Part shown: positions 35,621 through 50,200 of the stretch, piece after piece
Layout: every line of letters begins with the position of its first letter
Position numbering within the stretch: the stretch's first letter is position 1
Source of the DNA: Laetmonice hystrix
Lineage: Eukaryota
Assembly: GCA_965235115.1 (NCBI GenBank)
Contig: OZ249441.1
Location: 30,442,001-30,506,000, forward strand
Reading direction: 5' to 3'
Length of the DNA stretch: 64,000 nt
The notes under the pieces: generated by a model
Databases searched by the model: none
What the model was told of the DNA's origin: nothing
The model's input: the letters and a program-made list of their open reading frames with translations, nothing else
Made by a program: the position numbers and the translations under genes

Positions 35621-36646
35621 GGGGGTTGTATGTATACAAGAGGACGTCCTTCCGCTCTCTTAGCGGACTGTACGTCACCGCTTTAAAACTAAACACGTAA
35701 CCAAACACTGAGGCATTGTATAGGCACCTCTAAATCTGGGGGGGGGGGTTCTAATATTATATTGTATTTAAAATTTCTTTCCTAATATTAGATGAAAGTT
35801 TTTGGTGGGGCACAGAATAGGGAATAGCCCGAGTCGCACGGTCATGCACTGAGGACTGGGTGGTAATCACCAGCCACGGTAATATGGCGACTGGTCTTCC
35901 TTTTACCAACCTTCATGGTGCTGGGTACATGGAATCATGACCTCTTGGCTGCATGTCGTAATGGTCAGGACACCCAGAGTAAACTATAGGCCCCTACTTC
36001 TCATTCATAGATATTATATAATCTGTTGAAGGGATTGCCCAACGAGATCCCCCTGACGTGCGGTAACACTGCGATACCTACGCAGTCTGCATGCGGCGGG
36101 TGATGGCCGTTCTTCGGAAGATGGACATTATCCAGGGGATATGTACATAGAGGTACATCTATTGCATGGATGCATATATAGATAAAATTAACCGAATCAA
36201 GTTAAAATCGCACGGCATGAGTGTTAGCGGATTCTCTATATTCGGCATAAAAAGGAGTTGAGAATCTAAATATAATTTACACGGAAAAAAGACAGGGACA
36301 GTGCACCTAGTGCGAAGAGTATTGAAAAATGGCTGATATTGATTTTGATGTAAAGTCGTTTAAAGTCCTCAGAAACTTCATTAATTATGTGTCACATTAG
36401 ATCTTTCTTGCCTATTAGTTCATGCCAATACAAGCACATAGTAAGCCCCGTGGCTCACCCTGTATGTCTGCTGCAATGATTCACAGTCTGCTTGACGGTA
36501 AACTAATGACAAGCGTTTGTCGTAAAGATCTCTCTGCGAGATATAAATGGAGGCAGCAGTTGGTGGGCGCCACATCTTTATCATGTCAGGGGATGCACAC
36601 AGAGAGCTGGCAAAATGACGTTTCCTTAGAAAACACATGCATCCAG

Positions 36647-37097
36647 CATAGGCGCCGGAACGGGGGGGGGCAAGGGGGGCCAGGGCCCCCCATGGTTTGA
36701 AGATGAAGATTATACTTTGCGCCCCAGCTTAAAGGCAGCAGAAGAGAGTTTTAACAAAGAGTCTATATAGGCTATAGCGGGGGGGGGGAGCTCCCCCCTC
36801 GTGAAGCTCCAGAAAATTGTATAAGGCCTATAGGCCTACTATAGGCCTAAAGACTGGTACAAAACCTTGGATTGTGCCCCCAAATGCCAGGAAAATGCGT
36901 ATTTGGCACTGTAATTTTCAATTTTTTTCTGGGGGAGGGCCCAGACCCCCGCTCAAGGCTCCGCGCCTTCCGTGGAGGTGGGTGCCCCCTTTCCCACTAA
37001 GAAATATCTAGCTACAGCCCTGGAACACACTTGAAATTTACGAGTTCGAGTTTATTCTTGCCACTCCCCCACCTGTGAATATCTTCCGGCGCCTATG
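36647..37097. mobile_element. hAT-like MITE (CATAGGCGCCGGAA ends), probably with a nested fragment
   Basis: 14-bp perfect inverted termini CATAGGCGCCGGAA / TTCCGGCGCCTATG with a G/C-run-rich body. There is no clean TSD. Confidence 0.65.
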
Positions 37098-37395
37098 CCC
37101 AGTGAATGAGGGGCACACCCCTCGAAATCCGACCTTTACAGTTGTAATAAATGTGTCACCACGTGTAGAAGTCCTGAATTACGGTCACTTTTCATGTTCT
37201 TTAAATTAATGTCCTCTGCAAAATGGGTAAGCGAATGACATATAGGCCTAGGCCCTTTTAGGTACTATGCATGTAGTTGGAGCGTTACTACTTTGCGCAC
37301 GTGATATAACTGCATATAAACGTTATGAAGGAGGGATATAGACTAGATTGGATGTGGCATTCACAATCGAATATAGACATGCCAAAACAGAGACT

Positions 37396-37690
37396 CGTTT
37401 TTAGCCCCCAACCCGAATGGGCGGTGTTTCAAATTCGCCCTCCGTCCGTCGGTCCGTCTGTCCGTCGGTCCGTCTGTGCGTATACGTACGGCCGCAGACA
37501 GCGATTTCCTTAAACGTGTATATAGGTCAAAATGTATGAAACTTTACTCAATGACCAGGTACAGTATGAGAATGACGCACGTCAAATATACTTTTAATAT
37601 CATTCAACATGGCCGCTTGGCAGCCATCTTGGATGTACACACATTTCTGTCAATAATTCAAACAACCCGATTATTGACTGCTATAGAATT
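37396..37690. repeat. Fragment of a dispersed repeat with a (CGTC/CGGTC)n microsatellite
   Basis: tttttag..cgtccgtcggtccgtctgtccgtc..atgaaacttt..catggccgc..gccatcttgg, a layout common in invertebrate non-autonomous elements. Confidence 0.4.
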
Positions 37691-40600
37691 TGGCCGCCCA
37701 CGATTGGGTCGGCCGACTCACCATTCGGCCGACTGAATCGGGTCGGTATCTTATTGAACATACACCGACTACACGTAATCGGCCGATTACTCCGTCGGCC
37801 GACCGAATCAGTGTATGTGCACTCGGTTATAGGGAGAACCAGCTTTGTTATATGATGTAGGAGATTGTTTTCTGTCTAATGCATGCAACGCTGTCTGTTA
37901 TTTTCATTGTCGACACAAGTGTTTACAATCCTGGTTTACTTCAATCACTCGGCCCAAAGTTTCAATTGATAATGGACGAGAATACGCAAACGATGCAGTC
38001 CATTGAAAAACATGATTCTTTTGTCGATTGATATTATGTTGACTGTATAAACATGTTTTCTTGTATTCGATTCCTTTCATTGAGTAAATTGGAAATAACT
38101 TTGGTTAGCCACCAATATTGTCCTTAATCGACTGCATCTTCTCTTAATAATAAACGGCGCTGTGTACAGGAACAGCCTTGAACGGAGTGTTTGAAAAAGT
38201 TTGAAATAATATGCTCTGGCGAGGAAATCGTGATTAAAGGAGAATGGGGAGGACACGGCCCACACTCACCCTTTTACTGGCTTGTGAGTAGCATATGGAA
38301 CCATGGAAGGTGGGCATGGCGGGCTTTGGTCAATCTTCTTTTCATTGGTACGCCAGCTAAGTCCTGCCCCGTCCGGTTGGCCAATTCGAGAGACCGAGGC
38401 TATAAGGACTATTACGAACGGCGTTACGCCCAGATTACCGCTTTAATGTTTCCAAAGGCCCATCGGAATTAATTTTCTTTCCAATCTCAGAGCGCTGAAG
38501 TAATGACAACATACAAGGAAGCCAGAGAGGATCTCGAGGGCCTTTGTAAGACACAGACAGCGCAGAGTTAGAGAAAAAGACATGCAGGCTGACAGCGCAC
38601 GTAATTAGACAGAAACACGTACTACCCTGAGACTTTATCACCATTATGAAAAACATTCAAGAGTAATTTTCTCGTTTTATTTCTTCATCGCCCTCGTCTT
38701 TTTTTCTGGAGGGGGGGGGGAGGGCGCCATGCAGCTGTGAACAAAAAATGGGCGGGAGGCCGATAAAACATAATTATTTAAAGGAGGCCAAACTCAAGAA
38801 ATGATTCACAATAAGAAGCGCGGGAATAGACGTCCATCTTTCTCCCACTTGGCCATTCCAGCGAGTAATGGGTACCGTCGGTATTAAATCTCACACTCGT
38901 ACCTTCCTGCGAGATTTGAGTGAAGTATGTGCCAGAGGTCAGAGGGCAATTTCCAGTAAAGCCTACCCAGGGAGGGGTGATTATGCCGGGTTCCTGCCGA
39001 GAACATCCGTTTGGGAAGCTATCGTTCGTGTCGTCTGATTCTCCACGCAGACGGCCGCATAGGACGCGCCATGACGGACAGCCGTTGGTCACGTAGTGTC
39101 AAATGGATACATTATCAACTCGTCGGCCACCTCTGACCCCAGGCCTTGCCCATGAAAGCCAAGCTCAACCTAAATCAGCTTTAACCCACCGTAGTTGCCA
39201 GGACGTCATGACAGCAGGAACGGCTGTCTTTAATGGCCTACTATATTTTCGGCATTTAAAAAAGGTCCAAAATTTGGCTTTGGTTGTTGGTTGAGTTTGG
39301 ACGGGGGGGGGGGGGGACGCCCTGTTGGCAACATGTCAGCAATATTCAGATCGAGAATAAAACTTTTCTTAGACGCTTCGTCAGTGATAGGGCCCTGGAA
39401 ACGCAGAGGGGGCCTTGTGTTTCACCATAGCGTGCAACCGTGCCCAGTCTGATCAATCGTATGGGTGCCAGAAAGGAGAGACAGAAACACGGAAACGATA
39501 ACATGTTGCTGGGCATTTAGAGGCTGAAGGTGGATGAATAAAACAAGAAACAGTAGATATATACATGTTTCTGGGCATTTGGAGGCTGAGAGTCATGGAA
39601 TCATGCTGTAAACGACGTGGGCCAGCTGTAAAATCTATATTAGCACGTCGTCATGGACCAACTTTGTAGCAATGCCGACCATGGCATGCATACTGGTAGC
39701 GGCAAGTAGCAATTAATGCAAATTGCAACGCCGCAAGGGAAGTGACAGGCTCCGCCATCCGGGGGCTAAGGTACCTAATACGAGGACACTTGTTGACATG
39801 TTAACAGCCGCGTCACTAACGATCGCCTAATTCCGAAAGTGCTCTAACATGACGAAAAGTGATGTGATCGTAATATGCAGAAATGCCCCTTTTTTCATTA
39901 AAGCAAAAATCTATAGTGGTAGTAGAGAATTATAAAAGTTTTTAGAAACATAACCATATCTGAATAAAAACGCGTTTGCGACTATTTTTCTTTGTAGCGG
40001 GGCCGTCCAAAAAGACTACTATAAAAAATCTTTAAGATTTAGATTAAGATTTGCAGTGCTTCGATCCCTCTGAACTCCTTTGAGTCTGCTCCTTTTATAA
40101 TGTTACTAATCTATCATCAAAATTGTGGTAAAAGTAAAGAGAAGGTACTTTTTCCAATTTTTTTTTCTCAAATACAATCAAAGCCCATTCACTTAGAGCG
40201 CAGCTAAAAGGCACTCCAATCATACATTGTCTGACGTGACTGGGGAATTAATGTCACTACTGCTCCAAACCTGTCAACAAAACAAAACAAACGAATTTGA
40301 TAGCATCGTCTTTTCTCCAAACATTATTCTTAGAGGATTAACCCTTAACATATATGAATTTCTTGATTCATATATAACAGGGGTCTTCTCGACCCTTCAA
40401 ATCTTCCATAAGGCATTGTTCGTTCCTGTGTATTGAAAAGCCCTACATTAATATAGGTCCTGCTGTTGGTATGTCCTTGTTTTTATTATCAAGTGCATGA
40501 GATGATAGAGTTTAATATAGATTGAGGTGGAAGGTGCAGGGAATATGACTCCAATCTCTGCACATTAATTTTGTGATTACCAGTCGTGGAGAGGTGATAT

Positions 40601-40962
40601 AGAAATGTGATAGCGTGGTGAATTAGTGACATCCTCTATGTAAATAGGTATCAGTTTCAGGGATCATCTTGCTCTGACGGACGGACGGCGAGATTTAATC
40701 TAATGATGCCATACAGGCGCGTAGACCTGGCGGGCCCTTGTGACATTCGCATTGATGATGTCCCTACGGGTTGGAAGTGTTGTCCAATATTGTGGATTTG
40801 GCCAAGGGTCAGTCATCTTTTTGTACTGAGTACGCCCTCTAGGTATAGGCCTATTATATGAATATATATGCACACATGACAATGTGTATCTTACCTCTGA
40901 ATGAAACTTTGAAACGTGTCTTATCGCATTACATTGGATGGTCAAGGTGTTCCAGGAGGATT

Positions 40963-41101
40963 NNNNNNNNNNNNNNNNNNNNNNNNNNNNNNNNNNNNNN
41001 NNNNNNNNNNNNNNNNNNNNNNNNNNNNNNNNNNNNNNNNNNNNNNNNNNNNNNNNNNNNNNNNNNNNNNNNNNNNNNNNNNNNNNNNNNNNNNNNNNNN
41101 N
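40963..41101. other. Assembly gap (139 N)
   Basis: Run of n characters. Confidence 1.
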
Positions 41102-44043
41102 TTTGTTGGGGGGCATGATGTGGTGGAACTACCAATCATCCTCCATCTCCACCTCTAAACAACATTGCGGCACTAACGATACTATAGCGCTTGCAAATAA
41201 GCTGATGTCCTCGGCATTCACTGACCATTATCATATAGATCTAAAATGCAAACGGCCAATCTAGCGCTGAAGATTCGATCTTGCCATTGGAAGACCGACG
41301 CCGAACCGTCCAACGACTTTAAGCTTGTTCAGCCAGTCTATAGCAGGCACAGTCGGCCTCGTTACAACGTCTCGGGAAACATCCACTCAGGGCGGGCACA
41401 GAAACCCCTGTAAAACATCGAAATAAAAAAATCCATTATGCAGGTCAGTGACAAACGATGCTTTTGTTCATTGTAAAATCCCATCAGACCCGCAAATCAC
41501 ACCACCCGATCGCCTTATCGTGGGAATGTATATCTAGCCCGAATACCAGCCCTTGTCAGCAGCAGCTAAATCAGTAATGTCTGAAATCCTCCAGCAATCC
41601 GACACATCCTCTCTTGATCACCCCCACGGCCCCTCGGCGGGGCGCAGCCGCTGCCAATGTCACTGCCATATACGACTCGAGAAACTAATTTAAGCTAATT
41701 TTTCACCCAACCCCAACTGATTTATTCCTCGCGATGGCCGAACAAAGTGGCGTCCGTTTTGTACGAGGTCCGGGTGGTACTCGATCGGAGATCAAGGATC
41801 TCTGCATGGTTCACAGGCGGATTCTTCCAAAAGGCAGTCCTCCCTTCGACGTCAAGCAAACTCCGGCTGCGGCAAAGATGTCCTGTTGCATTTATGTGAA
41901 CAATTGATGTCATCGAAACTTGAGGGCGACTGGGAATTGGTTCTTTGTTAGGTCATACACCTCAGAGAGGTGACTCCTTTCATGTATAGACATAAGATAT
42001 GCTTTTGTTATTCTACAGAGAGATGCCCTAGGTTACTGCATCCGATCCTCCTGAGCAGATACCAATCCCAAGATGACCAACGTCGATAGTCTCTTTGGTC
42101 TTCACGCAACGGTCTACAAAGGCTGCCTGAGACAGTTATTTTCATTGGTACGCTTTAGTTCTACTTTTCCAATAAGTCCCAAAGCTTGTCTTTTTGGGAA
42201 AATGCATCCAAAGATAACCAGATTTGCTTTCCAGGTGGTTTTGAATTTCACAATGTAGAGGCCGCCACCTTTGCAGGCTCTTTCACTCAGTCCGTATAGA
42301 GGTATCGATCCCCATATATAAATACATTTGGCCTGGTAGATTCATTGTATATAGGAACTGAGCACACCTGCACAACTATGGAACCATTTTATGCTGGATC
42401 TATATTCTGCCCGCGTGTGCATCCCAGCTACAAGGCGTTTTGCTGCATGCGCATAAAACTCGCGACCATCTATCCACAACACCGATATCGTTGATGTATC
42501 TAATCATGATACAACTCAACAAACGAACAGACAGTATTTAGGCATGCCATATAGTGTCTTTCCGAGGACAGTGCGAGTCGTCTGTCCTGACTGTTGTTCC
42601 TTTCCGCGAGAGGACAGATGTGTCAGAATATTAATTTACCAAGAATATTTCCTGGAGGCCTCTATCCCTACTGTAGGACACGACACCCTTATGATGAGAT
42701 CGCTTAGAGTTTGGCAACTTGCATATAATACCATGGCACAAGCGGTCTGAAAGCCCGCAAAAGGGCATGTACAGAATAGCTAGTGCTCCTTTAAAATCAA
42801 CCCAGAGCATGAGAGCTATGGATTCTCTTTAATATGCTGAAAGACACAATCTTTACGGAGATCTTCTGGGAAGATATCAGAGGAAATAATTGACATAATT
42901 CAATAACTTTTCTTTGGCCACCCAACCTTCCCATTTCTGATTATTTATTGATGATCAAACATAATAGGAATCATATTTTGTATGAAAAAAAAAACGATTA
43001 ATATAATAGGTCTAGCTAGTAAGTTTCCTGCTCTCATCACCAAAAGTACGTCAGCTTAGAAATGCCCTAGGCCTGTGCTCGTCACCCGATAACCTTCCCT
43101 GGACTGCTAGTGCCATGGTGTATTTCGTTAGGGCGTGTTCCACGTCCTGGCTACCATCAGTGGTGCTTCATTTTCTGTCAGACGCGGGGCAAATTTAGTT
43201 TGCTACAAGGAGTGCCGGGGTGAACGAGAGGCCATGTGCCCTTTGTCTGTGCCGCTGGACTGTATACAGGTTTAGAACGAAAGCATACAACCCGAGGCAT
43301 GTGTGTTCATTTCAGCAGTTCCCCATAGCGCCAGGCCCAGCTTTGTATAGACTGTAGAGTAATTAGTAATTAACTTTAATTTCTAGATCTATTTTCAATC
43401 TTCCTGTAGTGTTTCATTTTTCTGAAAATTAGTGTTTGAAAAGGGACTAGCAGCTAAGATGACATTAGATAGACCTTGTTGAGAATCAGATATACCAATT
43501 AGATAGATGCTCAGGATCACTTGTGCTCTCACAGCCTTTTTTTCATATACTACTATGTATAGGTGCCGCTTCACACTATAAGATCTACCATTTCATGGCC
43601 TGCGGCCTGTAACCTTGTGTTTCCTGTTTGCAAACTGTAGCTGCTATATGGCGTCCTGTTGAGGTCAGTGGGTGGGACCTTTGGCGTGGGGCACAACCTG
43701 AGTAGCACGGTGCTTGCATTAGAACAACACCCATTGGTGGTGGCCACTGTGGCCGTGATCAATCTGTGCACGTGGACCGCTTGCCTCAGCTTGGACGCCG
43801 TGAGCATGCGTACAGCTGGAGCCTAGCGAGCGTGGCAGGCTGACGGGCGGAGAGCGCCAGGCTTGTTGTCTTGCCGGAGATAGTACGATCAGTGGCAGTT
43901 GCTGGCTAGTCACCAAGTCAGGCATTGGCTTTCTCTCTCTCTCTCTCTGTCTGCGCTCCTCGGTGTCACTCAACGCCGCCTGCTTGGACCGAGATACACG
44001 GGTCTTTATCCCACATGACCGTCCGTCGCGAGTGTTAAACCTA

Positions 44044-44228
44044 ATGAACATGGATTTAAGGATGTCAACCGTGTCTGCCTACCTGCCAGTGTTAGTACTT
44101 CTGACGCTCTTCGCCGACAACTTGGCCGCCAATTTCGCAAACAAGCTACACGTCAAATATGGGCACCACAAACTTAGGTCCGCAGTTACGTCCAGCAAGA
44201 TCTCTAGCTCTAACATACATGATAAAAG
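44044..44228 (+). CDS. Exon 1 of an unrecognised secreted protein (signal peptide + pro-like region)
   Basis: In-frame ATGs lie at 44044, 44050 and 44062. The peptide MSTVSAYLPVLVLLTLFADNLAA has a hydrophobic core and small residues at a plausible cleavage site. The exon ends GAT AAA AG|gtaggg (phase-2 donor at 44229). Confidence 0.65.
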
Positions 44229-47200
44229 GTAGGGAAACTTATTCCTCTTCCTTCAAGTGTATGCGGGCATGTCTAGCTATACTAGTATATAGGCCAATTC
44301 TGTGGAATTTAGTTTCAGCTGTCCAAAATCCACCTTGTCTGTGATTAATTAAAATATAATTGCATATTGTTTGGTAAAGTGATATCTGTTAAAGATTCGA
44401 TCAAGCAAAGTGCCATGAGCTGTTGGTAAAGTGTGAAATCTCTGCCAAGTGTAGGCCTATTATTGAATGCAGGTGTCGATAACCCTGAATGACTCCTCTA
44501 GTCGTGACAGTACATACCTTCTCGTGTTGCCGCCCAGCAGGGTGGACGTTGTGTCTATTGTTCTGTCAGGGTCTGTGCTGAATATTTATATTCAATTATT
44601 TGGCTGTCGTATACGACACATCCATGTGCGTGTAAGAGGAATACCTTCCAGCTGACAATAGATGGTATGTGATACAGTTTTGTGGGACAATTAAATATCC
44701 CATTTCTCACTTTTTAACAAGAAATCGCTTGGATGATTTTCAGCATTGTTTCAGTAAAAACTATGGAAGTGTTTGCTTGTCACTCAGTTTCCCCCCTATA
44801 ATTCTTTCAGTGGTGACTTGGTGATCGTGTAATGCATCAAACCTACAGTGGCATAAACCGAGTTTACATACAGCGTCATGGCATGTTGTATAGCTCCTTG
44901 GGTCAGGATACAAAAATCTCCTGTACACATATGTAGGCCTATGTAGGCCCTATACGCCGGTACTTGGTGCTCCTTTTTACATACCGAAAATTCTAATGTG
45001 GACAGTTTTCGAAACAGCTGGAGGCCTAATTTGCATCATCCAGGCCGCGTTGCGGTGTTGAAATCACGGTCTTGACATATCTACAAGGTGACGAACTAAT
45101 GGATGCATGCCAACCCACACGCCCCTTAAGATATCTTTTTTAAGGGTAGCATTAGGAACACTACGTGATATATTTATTTGAAGTCACAAAATTGATCCTT
45201 TTAGGCCTATCTTATAGATAACGCTTGATTTTCGGGCATATTATGATGTGCTATCAGTAGAGTTAGGACAGCCATGAAGTATTCCGTCTATGAGAACGTC
45301 TCACGTCCGACTGAATACTCTGACCTCGATGTGTCCTGTATAATGTCCATTGTTCTCTACCAGGATGTGTGCACGCTGACAGTGACTCTGTTTTATGACT
45401 CCGAGCTCAGACATACCTGGCCGGTTACTCATCAGAATGGACCGTGGGATAGCAAAGGAGGCTTCCCCTTTTGATATAATATTGATGACCATATAATGAT
45501 AATTATAAGGTCAATCCAGTGATGGTCGCCGACCACCGCCACCACCCACCACCACCCACCGCCACCACCCACAACCACCAGGCGCTCCGTCAGAACACAA
45601 TGCGTTCTTGATGCGTGACGGAGCCGTATCAAGGATCGTGTATACTATATACGCGATCCTTGGCCGTATGATTCTATACCTTTAGAAAAGGATGCCCTGA
45701 CAGTTGTTAGCTGTCCTTGCTACATTAGCTATATAGGCTACCCTGCCGTGAAAATACCTGGGGCACAATGCAACGCATTCTTGGAGACTACTGGTCTTTT
45801 TGTTCGAGATTTAGGTCGCTGGTGGTAACAGATAAAAAAAGGGTTATACCATTTGAGCCTGAGTATAATGTCTAGCTATGACCTTGTTTGCCCCTTGTCG
45901 GAGGCGGCCTGCCGTGTGGACCTTACAGGATGACGCAATCGGCTCAGCACTAAAACCAAATCATAGACGCTGGATAATTGGTGGTCATATAGTTCAGGTC
46001 ATCCCTGGTGCTAAACGATTTCCTGCGCAGCATCTATCAAATCTCCAACAATATCTCGCCAGGGTAACCAATGTATCCAACCCAAACCCACTACATATCA
46101 ATATCATGCATTTCAATACAAAGAACAAGTATTTTTGATTTTAAAAATGTTTAGATATCTATATGTCACCGTGGTTACTTTTTTGTTATAAGCCTAGGTT
46201 TGTGGGAAATAATACCTTTGCAAGGCTTTGGGTTTACCCTGGTGGCCCCCAGATTAGTGTTAGGTCACTCAAATTAACAGCAACATGCATTTTCTATAGA
46301 CTGCCCACACAAAATCAGCATGGTAACATATGACTAGTTTTACCTTTTTAAAATCAAAAACACTTGAGTTTTCTCTCAATAGATGATATGTAGTTGATTT
46401 AGTGTAGCACATAGCTTAATATGGATATAGTAAGCTGTGATTCACCTTTTGAGAATCTAGCTTTAGAGGGTCGATATGTAGGTCTGGGTGTACTGACGTG
46501 CATGCCTCTGTACAGATGGACCACGGTGATCAATGTGAGGTCAAACAATAGTCAGACAGAAGTCAGACAGACTGTAACTCTGGCTCACTATAAGGGGTTC
46601 CTTTAAAAAGAAAAACATTTGGCCGCCGGATGACTTGGATCAACAAGTTATAAAACAATTCAGTAATTGAAATATTCAAGGACATAGCCTTTCTAATATG
46701 ATATGGATGATAGTAACTAGGCCTATTGCTATGAGATTATTGAATAATTTTTGGGGGAAATGTTTCTGTGTATGCATTGAATACTGTGTCGTGCAGCAAA
46801 AAGATTCAAGTAGGACAGCAGCAGTTTGTGTCCCAGCCATAGTTATTGCCATACGCCGTGCTCAGACATGTTAGAGGGGTTTCTGCGTAACACAAAGTCA
46901 AATAGATCCATGCTGGTCTATTTAGACTGACTGTAAGCGTTTAAGTAGCCGAATCTATGAATTGATGTGTATCACTGAAAGCTGCTTCCAGTTCTCTCAG
47001 TCCAATTTGAAACCGGAAATGCAACAAGCGTCCCCTATAACGTTGGATGTCCAGCTGTTATCGCCCCTCGAGCGTTGTATAATAAATGAACGCTCCCTGG
47101 AGGGGAATGCTGCCATTGTGTCGTGACCTGAAGTGGTATGCATGCAATCACAATCGTAACAATCGCCGTAATCTAACTAATTCAATTTTCAGGGCAGACT

Positions 47201-50200
47201 GACTTTTATCAGGCAGTTTGACAATAGACCTCTATACTTGTTACAAATAACACCATGAAAAATATATACCATCCAGTGTTATATAGTATTATAAAAATAA
47301 TCGTCGGTCAGCTTAAAGGTATTACTTCTGTTCCATATATATTGCGTAAAGTTGTCGGGTTGCACATTTACGCACCGAGACACAAAACAGTCATCCGGCG
47401 AATGATATACGTTGGTTGTTTTGCTTTGTAAGGTCAACTCAATCTTCTCAAACACGACTCCCGGCTTGCTAGTAACCGTGCCATGCCTCATCTTATAAAT
47501 TCGCCCTTTATTCGTCCACCAGAATATTAGAGTTATGTCTAGGGAGTATCGAAATAAGTTGGCGCCATGCGTGGCTGACTGACGAGTAGGGTCTGTCTGG
47601 CTGGCCCTGACATGATTACAATACGAATACGGTATGGACTCACTGCATGGCCCGGCCAGCACTGCAGAACCTCAGGTTAGGGCAGACAGTAAGATGGTTG
47701 AACAAGGCGGATCTATTTCCTTCTAGAGTTCTATATCCAACTCATTTTCTACCAGTCTTGGAGGGAGTACAAATTGCATGATTGCATCCTATTGTGCCTC
47801 CAATAATGTAACTGTCATTGATCCTGACAACCAATTACCGCCTGCTCCCAAAGAATCGATGCATCAAGATGGTTGCTCGTTTTGGCGCAGTATATTTTGG
47901 GCGACCACCTGTGACATTACAGCCGCGGGTGAGATAACTTTCCAATGCCGGGAGCATGATAAAACATACGTGTTGACATTAGCAGACAAATGTTTGAGCA
48001 TACGTGGACGAAGCTGAGACCCCCACAGGAATATTATTCCCGGTGGATTCTTGGAATATTATTCCGCTGAATGTCTGTGGAGACACCCCTCCACCGGCGC
48101 CAACAAGATTGGGTATGCATATGGAACCTGACATTTCATTAAGAAAGTGTAGCGTAACCGCTTAACCAGAATCCCACGCCGTCCGCTTTCCCCTAACAAC
48201 TCTATCTACCTCGGTCGTACTGCACGTCGTACCACGCTAACACACTTTGATCTGTCGTTCTCTTCTCTCGTCTGGAGGATGATGGCCTTATCAGAGGAGA
48301 TAGGAAGGTTTCATCATTACATTCAGTACATCTGCCAGCATGTGGGATTTTTGAACGAACGGCCCGGAGCGACGTAAAGTGTGACTAATCGGCAGATAAT
48401 CATATAATCGATTATGATTTATCTCCTTTCATTGCAGCTATTACTAGGAGAAGAAAAACAGTACAGAACCCAATCGTTGCATCCCATACTAATTGTCTCC
48501 ACGCAATACCACTGTCAACGCCAACTAATTAAAAAAAAGCGGGATATTATTTTACGGGTTTTCGGGCAAGGTGGGCCCTTGAGACCTGTCCGAATAAACG
48601 CAAGCAGCAAGTGAAGCAAAGTTATTGATATAATTCATTAAATAGCATCATAATCACTGACTGAACCAGTAGTCTCACTATTAAGGCAGAAATAGTTCTT
48701 GTGGAATGTCTTGTCACACATGCAGGTTCATTTCTGGGTGTCTTTAAACGATGATCGACAAACATATATACTATACCAATATAAGAGCGGAGTGTGTCCG
48801 TTCTTTGTTGCGATGTGTGCAACCTCTTCGCATGAGATTCATTAGGACCTCTTGTTGAGCACTTCTAATACCGTAATTCTATAGTAGCAAATATTGCGAG
48901 TACCCGCGGGGCTGACGGCAAAACAGCCGTGTCTACCGTTAGCGAGGATGGGAACCATGCCTAGCGTTCTCTGTACGCATAAAGTGCTCTTCTCCGGAGG
49001 GTTCAATGAAGATCGCTTGACGCCTTGATGACATAGACCTGGCAGAAACCCCTGTGGCGAACGATAATGCTGCATTGGACTTCATAGCCGAAGGAAATTC
49101 AGTTTCGTCGGCTAGATTAAAAGGAAACAAGTGCATTCGGGAATTTTCAACGCTTCGCCTCTTGTCGCGGCGCAGCGAAGCCACTTAATTCTCCAGAGAG
49201 GCGCCATCCTGACGCCCCGTTCTGGGGCCGTAATCTATACCTCAAACTGGTGGAGTGCTGCAGTGTAGTGTTAGCAAGACTTGGCTTGTTTTACTCGGAT
49301 AGTACACATTGTCAGATAATGGCTCTCTCAAATAAAGCACGCCATTAACGAATTGCAACTTTAGTAATGCTACACAATGGTGGAAGAGGGCGAGGTAGGC
49401 CCATATTGCGGTTACGATGGCCTCCCCTAGAATTGAGCTTATCGACTGCGGGTTACAACACTTACACAGGCTATAAGCCAGCTTTCCCGGGCTTCGCGCG
49501 TCGATTGAGGTGAATAATTGCCGGATTGTGGGCCACATGAGTACCGGTCGAGATTTGTTTGCCGGGATTGGCTTGAATAACGGCTGATGCTCCGGGGCAA
49601 TTGATCTATCAAGACACTGGCACGAAGACATCAATATCCCCACCCTCTGAACGCTACAATGTCGCCGACTACCGAACTAATGCTATACTGCTTAGTTTCA
49701 TGGGCAAAGAGAAAGTTGAGACCCACTCTGTATTGAGAACCCGCGTGTAAAGATAACATTCTGTATTGACAATGTCGACCGATTTCTTGCTGGTAATGCT
49801 GGCCTCATTTGCATTGACTTTTGTCAACAGAATGAGGATATACCGAGTTGAACTTGAAGTGCAGCTATCGCACGTCGTGGCATGTGGAAGCATTTCAGTA
49901 AGAGCGACAGGCCTTGTGATACGAGCCAAGTTGAGAGCGTCCTTTGCAGCTGGAGTGTCGGCCTAATCTAAAGGGGAGATACTGTCATCCCCACCTTGAA
50001 ATAAATGACAGTCAGAGCCTATAGGTTACAAGACAGCAGCTCTGAAGGCTTAAACTTGCGTTTTCTCCTCAGATGCTTTAATCCAAGTACGACACTAAAT
50101 TTTACATTGTTCTTATACGAAAACGAAGGATAGTGCTCAGCTCTTCGAAACCTATACTATTTCCATCATGATGACATCTGACAGAACAGGCCTGGATTGC

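Noticed and set aside
40700-41264. ORFs containing X runs
   Set aside because: They are artefacts of reading through the N gap.
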